Shown here piece by piece: positions 46,149-56,271 of a stretch of DNA of 64,000 nucleotides. This DNA comes from a virus. The notes below the pieces were generated by a model. That model had not been told where the DNA came from, did no database searches, and saw nothing but the letters and a program-made list of their open reading frames with translations. Where the stretch lies: positions 32,001 to 96,000 of IMG/VR virus record IMGVR_UViG_3300014501_000002. The stretch is one strand, 5' to 3'. The number at the start of each line of letters is the position of its first letter. Within the stretch, counting starts at the first letter, position 1. Both the position numbers and the translations under genes were made by a program.

Positions 46149-48528
46149 TTAAAAACTCCAAAATGAACTGCGACGGTTGGTTAGTGTACGATATGTGAAG
46201 AAAATCCGCCGCTCTCGTACACCCGACAAAAAATATTCTTTCTTCCTCCATCAATTCTCCCTCTTTATGGGGCATCATACCCTGATCGCATCCTATTAAA
46301 AATACGTTGGAAAATTCGCGACCTTTTGAGCCGTGCACCGTACTGAGCGTCAACCCCTTGGCCGACTTCCGGCCATGGGTTCTTTTTCTAAGATAATTCG
46401 TAAACTCGTGAATTGTTCCCTTACCCGCCGCCATGCGAACCAGGTCATTTAGGTTCTCAATCGGGTTTGAATCCTTGGTAGCGGAGTTGCGATACAAATA
46501 GACTAGGTTGTGCTGGTCGATTAGATTCTGCAACACGACATTCGCAGGCAACTGACTCCCTGAGTCTTTCGCTAATGCCAGCAGCTTACGAACCTCATTC
46601 AACTCGAAATAGTCCTTCTTCCCCAGGATCTTATATTTGATGCCTTTCATAGCGCAAACTTTCTGGAATTCGAACAGCTGTCGATTGGTCCGAGCGATCA
46701 CAGCGCTGTTGGCTGGGTCGCTGATCTGCGCGAGCACCCAATACGCTTCCTCGTGTGAATCGCTGTACTTCTTGAACACCGGATCGACGCCCTCCTCATT
46801 ATCGGTAATCATGTGCGACGCGATGCCGTTGTCCACCGGCAGAATCTTCTTAAAGAATTCCACAAGGCGCTTCGTGCTGCGGTAGTTCTGCCCAAGGTAC
46901 AAAGATTTCGCGCCACTGAACTTCTTAGAAAATCCGGACATATTCCCTGGCTGAGCACTGCGCCATTCGTAAATACAATTCCCGACCGGGATGCCGTCCG
47001 CTACGTAAGTATGATCCTTTTCTACATCTAAAGAATAAACAAGCCCAGAATACATTTCTCTACTTACATCATTAATAATCGCGCTATCGTAAGAAATTTC
47101 AGTTGGTACACGCATCAGCGCTGGTATAATATTTGCAGCGACTGTTTTAAAGTAACCGTGAAATTTTGTTAAGTGCTTCTTATGCGGCCATGATACCAAT
47201 GGGTGTTCGAATAACAAACGATGGTGCGATAAGCAATAGCGGCCCCCATCGGGGTTTGCTTCTCTGAAAATCTGATTAATCTGTTCTTGAGTTTTTTTAG
47301 AATTATTATATTTATTATGAAAAGAGCATTCAGGGATGCCGTACCTCAAAGAGTAAACCTCTTCCCAAAATTCTGCTTCGGCTTGGGATGAAAGGACACG
47401 AAGAATCCACATCTTATTTGCCCCTTCTTGATATCCTCTATGAGACAACTGATTTGATCCGCTAACTCTTCGAAATCTACTAGTGCCCAATCTAAAACCT
47501 ACATCTTTCTTCCACATGAGATACACAAAATAGTTTCTTCCTTTATTTAATGCATCTTTATCAAATTTCACCCACATAAAATGATTGGGTGTGACCCTCG
47601 TCGTCTTCTTTCCAGAGTGAATCCGCAACATCCATCCTCTATAATACCTAACCGCCCGTTTAAATCTGCGGCCTGATCCAAGACGAATTCTTTTACCTTT
47701 TGAGTCCCAAGAGACAAGCCTATCGGTACACGAACATATGTCTTCAATAGGAACACTTTTTACAATTGCGGGGCTCCGACCACATTTTTCCTTAACTAAA
47801 ACACTCACTTCAGTCTCGGGCGGCTGACATTGATTTTCGTCTCCTACGACGAAGATATTGCCGTCGAAGATCAGTTGCAAAAGACGGAACTGAACGACGT
47901 CTGTATCCTGGCACTCATCTACCGAAATGTACTTTCGCTTCCACCGGTCACGCACGTCCTCGTTGAATTCTAACAGAAGCACGGTCTCTCGAATCACACT
48001 ATCGAAATCCAGCCAGCCTTGTTCGCGGCACTCCTTCTCGTAGTCTTCGTACGCGAGCGCGTAGAAAAATTCTTGATTGCTCGCTTGAGCCTTAGCCTGA
48101 TGGGGCTCCACGTTCGTACGTTTCCAGGTTGAGATTTTCTCCATCAAAGTACGAAAGTTACTGATGGCTGGGTACCGCTTGACCAGGTCGAACACCAAAG
48201 TGTAATCCTCCATCCCGACCGGGATCACGGTGTCGCACAGCTTAAATGGCAGTTGATCTCGCTCCTTTTTCAGTAGCTCCATGGCGAAGCTATGGAATGT
48301 GCGGAACACAGCGTCCGCGTCCAGCAAGCCGACTTTGCGCGCCATTGTTTCCGCCGCCGCAGAAGTGAACGTCAGGTTCAGGATGTCCTTCGACTGTATG
48401 CCCTTAGTGAGCATCCCAAGGTACCGCTGCACCAGCGTAGAGGTCTTCCCCGAGCCTGGACCGGCGATGACAACATGGACTCCTTCGACGGCGTCCAGGC
48501 ATGCCTGTTGTTCATCGTTGAACTTCAC
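46132..48528 (-). CDS. UvrD/PcrA-like SF1 helicase containing an intein
   Basis: AGPGSGKT, TFHS, VDECQD, VGDENQ|intein|CIYEWR, NYRS, STVHGSKGREF, EERIFFVGCTRA. Confidence 0.92.
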   Translation of the reverse strand: MKFNDEQQACLDAVEGVHVVIAGPGSGKTSTLVQRYLGMLTKGIQSKDILNLTFTSAAAETMARKVGLLDADAVFRTFHSFAMELLKKERDQLPFKLCDTVIPVGMEDYTLVFDLVKRYPAISNFRTLMEKISTWKRTNVEPHQAKAQASNQEFFYALAYEDYEKECREQGWLDFDSVIRETVLLLEFNEDVRDRWKRKYISVDECQDTDVVQFRLLQLIFDGNIFVVGDENQCQPPETEVSVLVKEKCGRSPAIVKSVPIEDICSCTDRLVSWDSKGKRIRLGSGRRFKRAVRYYRGWMLRIHSGKKTTRVTPNHFMWVKFDKDALNKGRNYFVYLMWKKDVGFRLGTSRFRRVSGSNQLSHRGYQEGANKMWILRVLSSQAEAEFWEEVYSLRYGIPECSFHNKYNNSKKTQEQINQIFREANPDGGRYCLSHHRLLFEHPLVSWPHKKHLTKFHGYFKTVAANIIPALMRVPTEISYDSAIINDVSREMYSGLVYSLDVEKDHTYVADGIPVGNCIYEWRSAQPGNMSGFSKKFSGAKSLYLGQNYRSTKRLVEFFKKILPVDNGIASHMITDNEEGVDPVFKKYSDSHEEAYWVLAQISDPANSAVIARTNRQLFEFQKVCAMKGIKYKILGKKDYFELNEVRKLLALAKDSGSQLPANVVLQNLIDQHNLVYLYRNSATKDSNPIENLNDLVRMAAGKGTIHEFTNYLRKRTHGRKSAKGLTLSTVHGSKGREFSNVFLIGCDQGMMPHKEGELMEEERIFFVGCTRAADFLHISYTNQPSQFILEFLNDEML
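46978..47829 (-). mobile_element. Intein (284 aa) in helicase motif III
   Basis: Begins CQPPET, block B VTPNH, block F VYSLDV...HTYVADG, ends VGN before +1 Cys; AT-rich. Confidence 0.9.
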
Positions 48529-49952
48529 GCTTTAACCCCTAACTTCTGGTCGATCAGTGCTACAAGGCCCGGTTGACCTAGCTCCGCAAGCTTCTCATCC
48601 ATGTAGCCCAGGAAAATCTCCCACTGGTTCACGGTCAGATGCTTAACTTCTTGCGTCTGCGGGAACATCAGACTCACGAACGCTTTGATTTTGTACTCTA
48701 CGCCGCCGATGCCTTCGCTGCCCTTCATGCCGCCTTTAGGCAGAATATCGTTGGTGTACGCGAACAGTCGATTCTTGAATTCCTTCATCTGCACATCTTT
48801 CGGTAAATCTTTGATCACTAGGGGTGGTCCACCCGCCACCATTGTAACAGATGCGGCTGGGGCAACCACTGTCGGGAGGGTGAAGGTTGCCACTTCGGGA
48901 TAAAACACCGGCTCAGTCGGCGCCGCCGCTTTCTTGGCCTTGAGTGCGTCCGTGCGTTTCTTTGCTTTTGCAGCCGCAAGCGCAGCTTCCATTTGAATGA
49001 TTTCGTCGTCCTCTGCAGAAACTTCTTTCAGCTTCGGCAAACTACGTTTCAATGCTTCACACGCCTCAAGTTGTGCAGGAGTGAAATCAACCTTTCCGAC
49101 GTTCAGGGCGGGAGTCATATCGCATGGAACATTATCCGACTCTTCGATCTTCAAACCCGGTGTTTCAAGAACAACCGCTGTACTGCGGCGACGCCGTTTC
49201 TTCTTGACGGGTTCTTCACTATGGAGGTCGGCAATCTTCTCCTCGATTCGGGTAATGACGGGCGCAAAGGTCGCGGGAACGTGTTCTTCGACAACCGGTG
49301 CAGCTTTCGCGGCAGCTTCGGCGGCAAAGAAGGCGGCAGCTTTTGCTTCTAGCGCATCGATTGGGGCAGCAATTTGAGTTTGGGTAATTGCTCCCATGAC
49401 TTGCTCTGTGATATCCCTGCCCGGCGCTTCGTTCGGATGTGCAGTCGGGATGTGGATGATGTTCTTCAACGGCTCGGACACCGTACTGACTGTTTGGCTC
49501 CCGCCGGTAACTTCGGATTCGTCGAGCAAGCCGCCGCCCACGAACTGCAACGTGAGGCGCCGGGATGCGCGTGTCTGTGCGGTCATTATCGCATCGGAAA
49601 TCGCGCGGCCATGCTTGTCCCGCGTGAACGCGGAACCCACGGCGACGTCAGTTCGACCGGACTTATCATGCCCCTTGGCCGTAAACATGATAAATCCGTC
49701 GCCAACGGTCTCCTTCATTTCATCCACACTGATGCCGTGGTTTGAGCGCATGACGTCAGTAAAGCCACGGCGAGCATAAAGAACAAGATTCTTACCGTTA
49801 CCTTCAGAATTCTCCAACCAAATAAACTGCAGCAAATTCAGTTCAGGAGGAACGCCGTAATGCTCACAAGCATCGTAGTAATATCGGCGCTTCTCGTCTT
49901 CTGTCATGAGGTCTAACCCGTGCATCGGGGAAAACTTTTTCTTATCCGGCAT
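48525..49952 (-). CDS. Putative single-strand annealing protein (RecT/Red-beta-like)
   Basis: LVLYA..., GRTD..VG, AIMTAQTRASRRLTL...LLDESE; low-complexity linker; near exonuclease and helicase. Confidence 0.55.
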   Translation of the reverse strand: MPDKKKFSPMHGLDLMTEDEKRRYYYDACEHYGVPPELNLLQFIWLENSEGNGKNLVLYARRGFTDVMRSNHGISVDEMKETVGDGFIMFTAKGHDKSGRTDVAVGSAFTRDKHGRAISDAIMTAQTRASRRLTLQFVGGGLLDESEVTGGSQTVSTVSEPLKNIIHIPTAHPNEAPGRDITEQVMGAITQTQIAAPIDALEAKAAAFFAAEAAAKAAPVVEEHVPATFAPVITRIEEKIADLHSEEPVKKKRRRRSTAVVLETPGLKIEESDNVPCDMTPALNVGKVDFTPAQLEACEALKRSLPKLKEVSAEDDEIIQMEAALAAAKAKKRTDALKAKKAAAPTEPVFYPEVATFTLPTVVAPAASVTMVAGGPPLVIKDLPKDVQMKEFKNRLFAYTNDILPKGGMKGSEGIGGVEYKIKAFVSLMFPQTQEVKHLTVNQWEIFLGYMDEKLAELGQPGLVALIDQKLGVKA

Positions 49953-49967
49953 ATTGCCTCCAATTGG

Positions 49968-49996
49968 ATAGTATCAAAAGTACTAGTACTTGTCAA
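49968..49996 (-). promoter_or_regulatory. Sigma70 promoter with palindromic operator in the spacer
   Basis: TTGACA-17-TACTAT; perfect 14-bp palindrome AAGTACTAGTACTT at 49978-49991. Confidence 0.7.
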
Positions 49997-50484
49997 ACTT
50001 TATTTCTGGCGTATGCCGCTATCGCTTCCAACTTTTCTGGGTTATCTTTAACGTATCCGAGGCACAAATTACAACTGTGACAAATGATTCCTCTAAATTT
50101 ATTATCCTTGTGGTCTACGCAAAACTCTCCGTATGAACTTCCCGGATCGGTGCCACCACATGACTCGCATGTCCCATCAAATTTGTCTAGCGCGTCGGAG
50201 GCCCGTTTTATTTCGAACTCAGAAACCCCAAGTTTTCGCAGTCTATCTAGTTTTCTTTTAAGACCGCAAGCAGCGCACGTAGTTTTACCGGGGCGAGCCG
50301 AAACGATCAAATGATTTAGACACATATTGTTTTTGCGCGCTCTCGCCCTGGTTACCTTTGTGTAATCTACACAATTCTGGCATTCGGTTCTTCCAAGTAG
50401 CGCTTTATTTCTCCAATGCCGAATACATCTCCCTGTTCTCTTCGCCGCTATGATTCTCTTTCGTTTATATTTTGCATTACTCAT
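49993..50484 (-). CDS. Endonuclease VII-like homing endonuclease
   Basis: CESC...VDH...RGIICHSCN..LG; N-terminal Cys/His repeats. Confidence 0.8.
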   Translation of the reverse strand: MSNAKYKRKRIIAAKRTGRCIRHWRNKALLGRTECQNCVDYTKVTRARARKNNMCLNHLIVSARPGKTTCAACGLKRKLDRLRKLGVSEFEIKRASDALDKFDGTCESCGGTDPGSSYGEFCVDHKDNKFRGIICHSCNLCLGYVKDNPEKLEAIAAYARNKV

Positions 50485-50487
50485 TAT

Positions 50488-52689
50488 TCACCCTTTTTTA
50501 TAAAATTTAGACTCAAATCCGTCGCCCTTTAAAGGAAGACCGGGAGCCCAATCTATATTTTGTTTCATAACCCACTCCATAACTCGAACGCCGGGAACAA
50601 ATGAGTCGTCATCCTTTTCAGCAATCCCCTCGTCGTGAACATGAGCGACAAGTTTTAATCCACGCTCATTTTCTAAAATAAGAAGAATGTGTGCAAGAAC
50701 ATCGCGAGCTATGCCCTGAACAATGTTCTCGAATACCTTACCTCCGTGTGAAGTAATCGGCCCCCATTGCTTCGTTTTTTGATCTTGTCCAGAATAAACT
50801 AGAGTCGGTTTATAAACATCAACAGTATTTTCGCCTGCCTCATCTCTTGTCTTCCAGGGCATCATTGTCGGCTGGATGCTCGAATCAAGATAATGCAGAA
50901 AACGACCGCTCGGAAGCTGAATTCTAAGAATAGGATCGCGACCCTGAATCGTTATCTTATCAATCTTAATACAATCATTGGGACCACAATAACGAACAAC
51001 TCTTGAAGTTCCTTCTTCCATAACTTCAGCAATCAATTTTTCTAATAGAAACCACATTTCAACTACTTCTTTATAGCTCTCACGAAACACACGCACCACT
51101 TCGTGCGCTGTCTCACGCTCCATGTCAACCCCCATCGATTCGCTATAACCCCACAACCCGAACTTCGTGGGTACCCCGTCCTTCGTACCCATATCGCCGC
51201 CGCCGAGCCTGTAAACAGCGCCGAGCACCCCAGGCTTCGCAACCTGTCGATGACGCTTCGCTGCGGCCTTGATCGCCGGGTCTTTTGATTTGATGTCGCG
51301 CGCCAACGTCTCGTACGGGATTTGCGTCATCTTGACCGCGAAGTCCAAATACGGGTCGCGACCTTTGTGGAATACGTCGAGCAACGGCCCGCAATTCGCG
51401 ACCCACGCGGCGACTCGTGTTTCGATCGCGTTTAAGTCCGATACGCAAAATTCCTTACTGTCCGTCGCAACGAACACCGTACGGATTATCGACTTCACGA
51501 CGGACAACACCGTGCCGGGCGACGGCAGACTCATGTCTCCCGCGGGATCGCGGAACCATGCCTCAAGCGAATCGTAATCTTCCGCGTAGATTATCGCGCG
51601 AGCCCATGCGACGTTTTCCTCGTCTTCGAACCGTTCTTCCGGGCGGGCCATGTTATGAAACTGCAGCGAGTTGCTCGACCACCGGCCGCAACGGGGGCTG
51701 CCCATGTAGTTGAACAGATTACGCAGCCGTTGATCCGGCCCGAGTTGACGTAAAATGGTCTCCATCTTCTTGTACGAAGTGGACGACGCCATCTTTCGGT
51801 TCGATAAAACTTCGATGCACAACGGCGTAAGTTCAGTATTGTACTTCAGTTCTGCGGCGACGTGCTCTTTCGCGAGCGACGTCGGCTCATACCCGCGGTC
51901 ATTCGCCCAAGCAAGCATCTGCGAGTTTGAGTTTGCATTCTCGAGCCCGGTCAGTTCATTTTGAATTTCGATAGCCTTAGCTTTCGCGATCGATGCAAGC
52001 TTGTACGCTTTCTGCACAAACCCCAAGTCCACGGGAATGCCGCGGTCGTTGATCGTCTGGTCCATGATCCAGATCGCCCGCTCGCGCGGCGGAAGCGGCG
52101 CAACGCCTAACAATTCGAGGCGCCGGAGAACCTCTCGTTCTGCAACCACGTCCTGTCCGCAATACGCGCAAAACTTCTCCCACAAGGGCATATCGGTGGT
52201 ATGATCGCGCCAGAAGTAGGTTCGCTCCTGCCCCTTCTTTTTCTTCATGGGCGTCGGCTTGCAGAACGTTTTAATCAGTTCTTTGCCTTCTTTGTCTTTT
52301 GCAAAATCGTGCGGGAGCCCAAGAATATCTGAAACTTCATCCAGGTTTGCAGGTAGAGACAGGTACCGCGCGCTGGCTTGTGGGTCTTGGAAGCGATGCG
52401 CCGGGATCGTCACGCCTAACACGTACATGAAGATGTATCGCTCAAACGCGCTGTTGAACGCGACGATATCAATCTCCGGGTCGTTCAGATACTCGCGCAG
52501 TTCCGCGGGCATCTCTTCCCACATCGGAAACCACATCTGAATCTTTCCTTCGTCTATCGCCCACCCAAGCATGAGCGCACGCGTAGATAGATGTGTGGCG
52601 TAGATGTAGATACCTACACCATTCGGTCCGCCGAGCTCCACTTCGCAGCGGGTTTCAAAGTCTATGTACAATCGTCGACGTCGGCGCAT
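50488..52689 (-). CDS. Family A DNA polymerase with 3'-5' exonuclease (SPO2-like phage type)
   Basis: IDFET, AFNSAFER, GRWSS, DLNAIE (motif A), RQVAK...Y (motif B), ENIVQ, HVHDE (motif C). Confidence 0.92.
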   Translation of the reverse strand: MRRRRRLYIDFETRCEVELGGPNGVGIYIYATHLSTRALMLGWAIDEGKIQMWFPMWEEMPAELREYLNDPEIDIVAFNSAFERYIFMYVLGVTIPAHRFQDPQASARYLSLPANLDEVSDILGLPHDFAKDKEGKELIKTFCKPTPMKKKKGQERTYFWRDHTTDMPLWEKFCAYCGQDVVAEREVLRRLELLGVAPLPPRERAIWIMDQTINDRGIPVDLGFVQKAYKLASIAKAKAIEIQNELTGLENANSNSQMLAWANDRGYEPTSLAKEHVAAELKYNTELTPLCIEVLSNRKMASSTSYKKMETILRQLGPDQRLRNLFNYMGSPRCGRWSSNSLQFHNMARPEERFEDEENVAWARAIIYAEDYDSLEAWFRDPAGDMSLPSPGTVLSVVKSIIRTVFVATDSKEFCVSDLNAIETRVAAWVANCGPLLDVFHKGRDPYLDFAVKMTQIPYETLARDIKSKDPAIKAAAKRHRQVAKPGVLGAVYRLGGGDMGTKDGVPTKFGLWGYSESMGVDMERETAHEVVRVFRESYKEVVEMWFLLEKLIAEVMEEGTSRVVRYCGPNDCIKIDKITIQGRDPILRIQLPSGRFLHYLDSSIQPTMMPWKTRDEAGENTVDVYKPTLVYSGQDQKTKQWGPITSHGGKVFENIVQGIARDVLAHILLILENERGLKLVAHVHDEGIAEKDDDSFVPGVRVMEWVMKQNIDWAPGLPLKGDGFESKFYKKG

Positions 52690-54752
52690 TAGTCGTTGTC
52701 CTCATCGATCGATTCAAGTAACCGTACAATCTTCGGATCGCCCTTTGTGCCCGCGCCTTCGATCCGGATCACACCATTCTTTACCATACCGAAATACGCC
52801 TGACTCCACAACGTCGTGCCGTGTCGATCCGCGTGCATTTCACGCTTAAGATCGCGCTCCAGAAGAATGCCCTCATGACGCGCGAGAAGATTCTTCAACT
52901 CCATCTGAATGCCGCCCTCCTTCGTCGTCGCTTCGTACGTGCACAACCATTTCTTGACCGCACGTTCGTAGTCGACCAGAGCGAGGCCACGTTCGATGCA
53001 TTCCAAATCAATCTCTTCGAGCCCCATGTCGATCGCGATACCTAACGCGAATTTCTCCGCGCGAATTTCTTCACGGTTACCAAGATCGCCGCGCGCGTTT
53101 AACGGGGAACTATTTTCAATCTCAAATGTTCCTTGAAGAATGGCCTTATCGATCAGCTTTTGAGTCTCCCTCGCTCCCTCAAGCGTATTGACATGAATGT
53201 ATGGTGAACGTTCTTTCAACGTCCTAGGCTGGAACAAGAAGAAAAATCGATCGTCAAGGCCGGATGATTTTCCGGACAGCTTTGCCCAATGCGGCAGGAA
53301 GTTTTTATCCGTGCAGCATGCGATCAGCGTTACGCAATACGTGTTCGGCTCGAACGAGAAACTTTCCTTGCGCGACTTGATCACATTCTGGAATTTACCG
53401 GATTCGTACATTGCCAACAACCGGGAGTTTAACGTGCTGCCGTCAATGCCCGCCTTGTTCGTCAGCGTCGACAATTCATCATAATATAGAATTCCGTTCT
53501 TACATTGCAGCCGGGACATCTGCATACCGAAGCCTTCCGGCGAACCGATTTCCCACACCAATGACTTTCCGTTCGCGTTATCCATCGCGTCGTTCGCGTG
53601 CGCGACCATGCCAACATTTTGAAAATACTCAATGGCCGATTCAGCGGACGCTGATTTCATCATTTCGCCGCGCTTTCCGATCATGACCATGAATATTGAC
53701 GGGATGAGCATCTTGCCTTTAACTTGGACGCGCATAGCGACGCAATTCAGCAGTATCGCAAGCGCGGGCATGAACATGAACTCTTCCTGGCGACTGTTTA
53801 CGTCGCAGAATGGTTTGACGAGGCCCTTGTAAATGGACGTGCCAGCCATAACCCACTTAGGGAAGGTGGGATAGGGCGGCAGGGTGATTACAGGCGCCTC
53901 TAGAGGCTCCGTGACGGTCTCTTGGATCGGTTTTGATGGTTGCACCGCATATGGGGTGCTAACGGGCTGTAAACCGCCCGGAACGCCACCGAACAGCACG
54001 GATTCGTCCTTCCCGACGGGGTACCGGCTAATGGACGCCGCGATCACCCGGACGTCGTTGTCCGTCATAGGCGGAACACAGCGCGCGGCATTGATTTCGT
54101 GCAGATGTTCCTCAATGTCTTCGCGGCGAAGGCCTGCATTCCGAAGCCTACCCGCGATGCTCGCCAACGTGCTATTCCGCTTGCCATCGGGGATTGGACC
54201 GCCATCATCTTCAACGGCCTTCTTTTTCTCGACGCGCTGCGTTTTGATCCACTCAATCAGAAACGCCGGAGCGTCCGTGATAGGAGCAGTGCATACGACT
54301 TCGTACGGTACTCCCGTTTTTTGGTGAATCGATCCTGCGGCAACTACGTACTCGTGATGGACGCGAACAGAGAAGTCTCCATTCTTAACGAACGGCTGCG
54401 CGACGTTGCCCAAGGCTATAGACTCAGGGGTTTGTTTCCAGTAATAGTGCCCGCGCCCCGGCGAACTGCGGACGCGATACGTGAGAGGAATCTTTTGGCC
54501 GGTTTCTACTTCGATGCGCGACACAACCGACGGATCGTCGATTTCAAAAAACCATGTTCCACCGATCTGTGCTTTCGCGACCGCCGCGCAACCGGCATCG
54601 GGTGTCTCAATGCTCCATCGCGAAATAGTTTCCATATCGGTCGTAGCCAGGGTCGGCCAGTCTGAGTCCAACGCAATCTTCGAACGCGGTTTCAGCCGAA
54701 TAACTGGCGCACCTTTTGCGATAGTCGCCGTGGCCCGCTCAAGAAAATTCAT
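52689..54752 (-). CDS. Bifunctional primase-polymerase with PriCT-1 and DUF3987-like P-loop domain
   Basis: EID, GRGHYY, YVVAAGSIH; GKRNSTL...LR; GxxGxxKS, DE, SGLDDRF; ATG at 54752. Confidence 0.8.
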   Translation of the reverse strand: MNFLERATATIAKGAPVIRLKPRSKIALDSDWPTLATTDMETISRWSIETPDAGCAAVAKAQIGGTWFFEIDDPSVVSRIEVETGQKIPLTYRVRSSPGRGHYYWKQTPESIALGNVAQPFVKNGDFSVRVHHEYVVAAGSIHQKTGVPYEVVCTAPITDAPAFLIEWIKTQRVEKKKAVEDDGGPIPDGKRNSTLASIAGRLRNAGLRREDIEEHLHEINAARCVPPMTDNDVRVIAASISRYPVGKDESVLFGGVPGGLQPVSTPYAVQPSKPIQETVTEPLEAPVITLPPYPTFPKWVMAGTSIYKGLVKPFCDVNSRQEEFMFMPALAILLNCVAMRVQVKGKMLIPSIFMVMIGKRGEMMKSASAESAIEYFQNVGMVAHANDAMDNANGKSLVWEIGSPEGFGMQMSRLQCKNGILYYDELSTLTNKAGIDGSTLNSRLLAMYESGKFQNVIKSRKESFSFEPNTYCVTLIACCTDKNFLPHWAKLSGKSSGLDDRFFFLFQPRTLKERSPYIHVNTLEGARETQKLIDKAILQGTFEIENSSPLNARGDLGNREEIRAEKFALGIAIDMGLEEIDLECIERGLALVDYERAVKKWLCTYEATTKEGGIQMELKNLLARHEGILLERDLKREMHADRHGTTLWSQAYFGMVKNGVIRIEGAGTKGDPKIVRLLESIDEDND

Positions 54753-55414
54753 TTGGGTACCCTCAACAAATCGCAATATTTACAACCGAGTTTCAAAATA
54801 CCTGGTTTAACATGATGATTAGCGTGCACTCCTAATCCTGATATTCTTGCGCAATGCCCGCTTTTGGCATTTGTTCTTCCTCCGACTCCGATGCATAAAA
54901 GTCGCGCACGAGCTAGAAGTCCGCTTTCCACATTTTTACGACCCTGAATAGGCCCAGATATGCGGCCCGCAACTCTGCCTCCAGATGCGGAAATTTTAGT
55001 AAGGTGGCCGGACTCTACATTTTTACGTCCTCCCTTGCGCCCATTTTCTTTACTCAGATTGGGGTACAACTCTTGAGTTCTAAAACCTCCGAGAGATGCT
55101 AAAGACCCCGCATCAGGTACGCCGTTCAGAGGCAATTGAATATTTCTCAGCGGATGCTTAGATTCTTTGTACCCACTCTGCAATATGTGCTGCTGTTCTT
55201 TTACATACAGATGCCATCTAAAAAGATCGTCGGGCTCATTAGCTTGCTGCCCGATTCTAAACGCCTCAATAAGGCCGTAGCCCGAATATTTTCCCTTGCC
55301 ATTCAGGTAGTGTTTTTGCGCCCATCTTTCTGATAATTTTTGCGTCGTGCTACCGCCTTTAACACATTCTCCAGTTGATAGATTCACAACGTCGTATACA
55401 ATTCCGATTTTCAC
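54749..55414 (-). CDS. Homing-endonuclease-like protein (divergent GIY-YIG) with GRKNVESG repeats
   Basis: GIVY...VKGGST, repeated GGR/NVESG motifs, C-terminal H..HH...CxxC; AT-rich. Confidence 0.55.
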   Translation of the reverse strand: MKIGIVYDVVNLSTGECVKGGSTTQKLSERWAQKHYLNGKGKYSGYGLIEAFRIGQQANEPDDLFRWHLYVKEQQHILQSGYKESKHPLRNIQLPLNGVPDAGSLASLGGFRTQELYPNLSKENGRKGGRKNVESGHLTKISASGGRVAGRISGPIQGRKNVESGLLARARLLCIGVGGRTNAKSGHCARISGLGVHANHHVKPGILKLGCKYCDLLRVPK

Positions 55415-55426
55415 CGAGGCCGCCTT

Positions 55427-55591
55427 TTACTCAAAGTATTTATGAATTTCGTGAATCCAATGGTCCGCATGCAAACCACTCAACAGCTTACTATGCGTGA
55501 CTCGCCATGTCAACCATAAAATAAAGAACGACGCCTCAAAGCCGAAGCCGGTCCACAGACCGTACCACATGTAACTGAGAATCAGTCTCAT
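55427..55591 (-). CDS. Small membrane protein (54 aa)
   Basis: MRLILSYMWYGLWTGFGFEASFFILWLTW...; abuts upstream stop. Confidence 0.5.
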   Translation of the reverse strand: MRLILSYMWYGLWTGFGFEASFFILWLTWRVTHSKLLSGLHADHWIHEIHKYFE

Positions 55592-56059
55592 TTACGTCTT
55601 ACTCGGTGACGAATATCCCTGAGTTTCATCCCACGACGCCAATTCTGCCCGAAGAACGGAAAGTTCTCCGACGTACGGAGGAGTTTCAGATGACGACGGG
55701 CGGTTCGACGATAAATCATGCATCTTAATCGCTTCGAGCCAGTCTGCGGATTCTGGAGTCCATATCTTGCCACAGTTACCACAACGTATCCTCACACTTT
55801 TATCGATGTAAGTGTGCTGCATGACGTTGTAATCTTTAAAGCCACAGTATGCCCCGCCCTTCAAATGCGTGCACCGATCTTGTCTTTTAATAATATGGTC
55901 GCGGATGGCCTGGTGCTCAAGCCCACTACGTTTATAATATTTCGGAACATAGTTCTTGATCGAGGCTAGAAGGAGTTGGTACTTATGATCTTCCCTAAGC
56001 CTGCGAAGAAGTATTCGAAATTGGGTTTTGATTATCGCTAGGTACCGTCGCAAGATCAT
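55592..56059 (-). CDS. Paralog of 571..1125 (Cys/His domain)
   Basis: RCTHLKGG, KDY, HTYIDK, CGNC, WLEA, SSNRPSSSETP. Confidence 0.75.
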   Translation of the reverse strand: MILRRYLAIIKTQFRILLRRLREDHKYQLLLASIKNYVPKYYKRSGLEHQAIRDHIIKRQDRCTHLKGGAYCGFKDYNVMQHTYIDKSVRIRCGNCGKIWTPESADWLEAIKMHDLSSNRPSSSETPPYVGELSVLRAELASWDETQGYSSPSKT

Positions 56060-56271
56060 AATGTTCTCCAGTGGTACAGCTTTCGCAGACTACGTAATCC
56101 GCCCAATCATGCGCTAATGTTTCCCGTTCGCATTTCGCACAGTGCAAGATTTTCATAGTGCGTCCCAATTAAAAGCCCATGCAAGAATCATATAAAACCC
56201 AGCAAACAAGCCGAGCGCTGGCACCCATAGTGGGAGATTGATACTCCCCACGCCTGAAGGCGGGGGATTCT

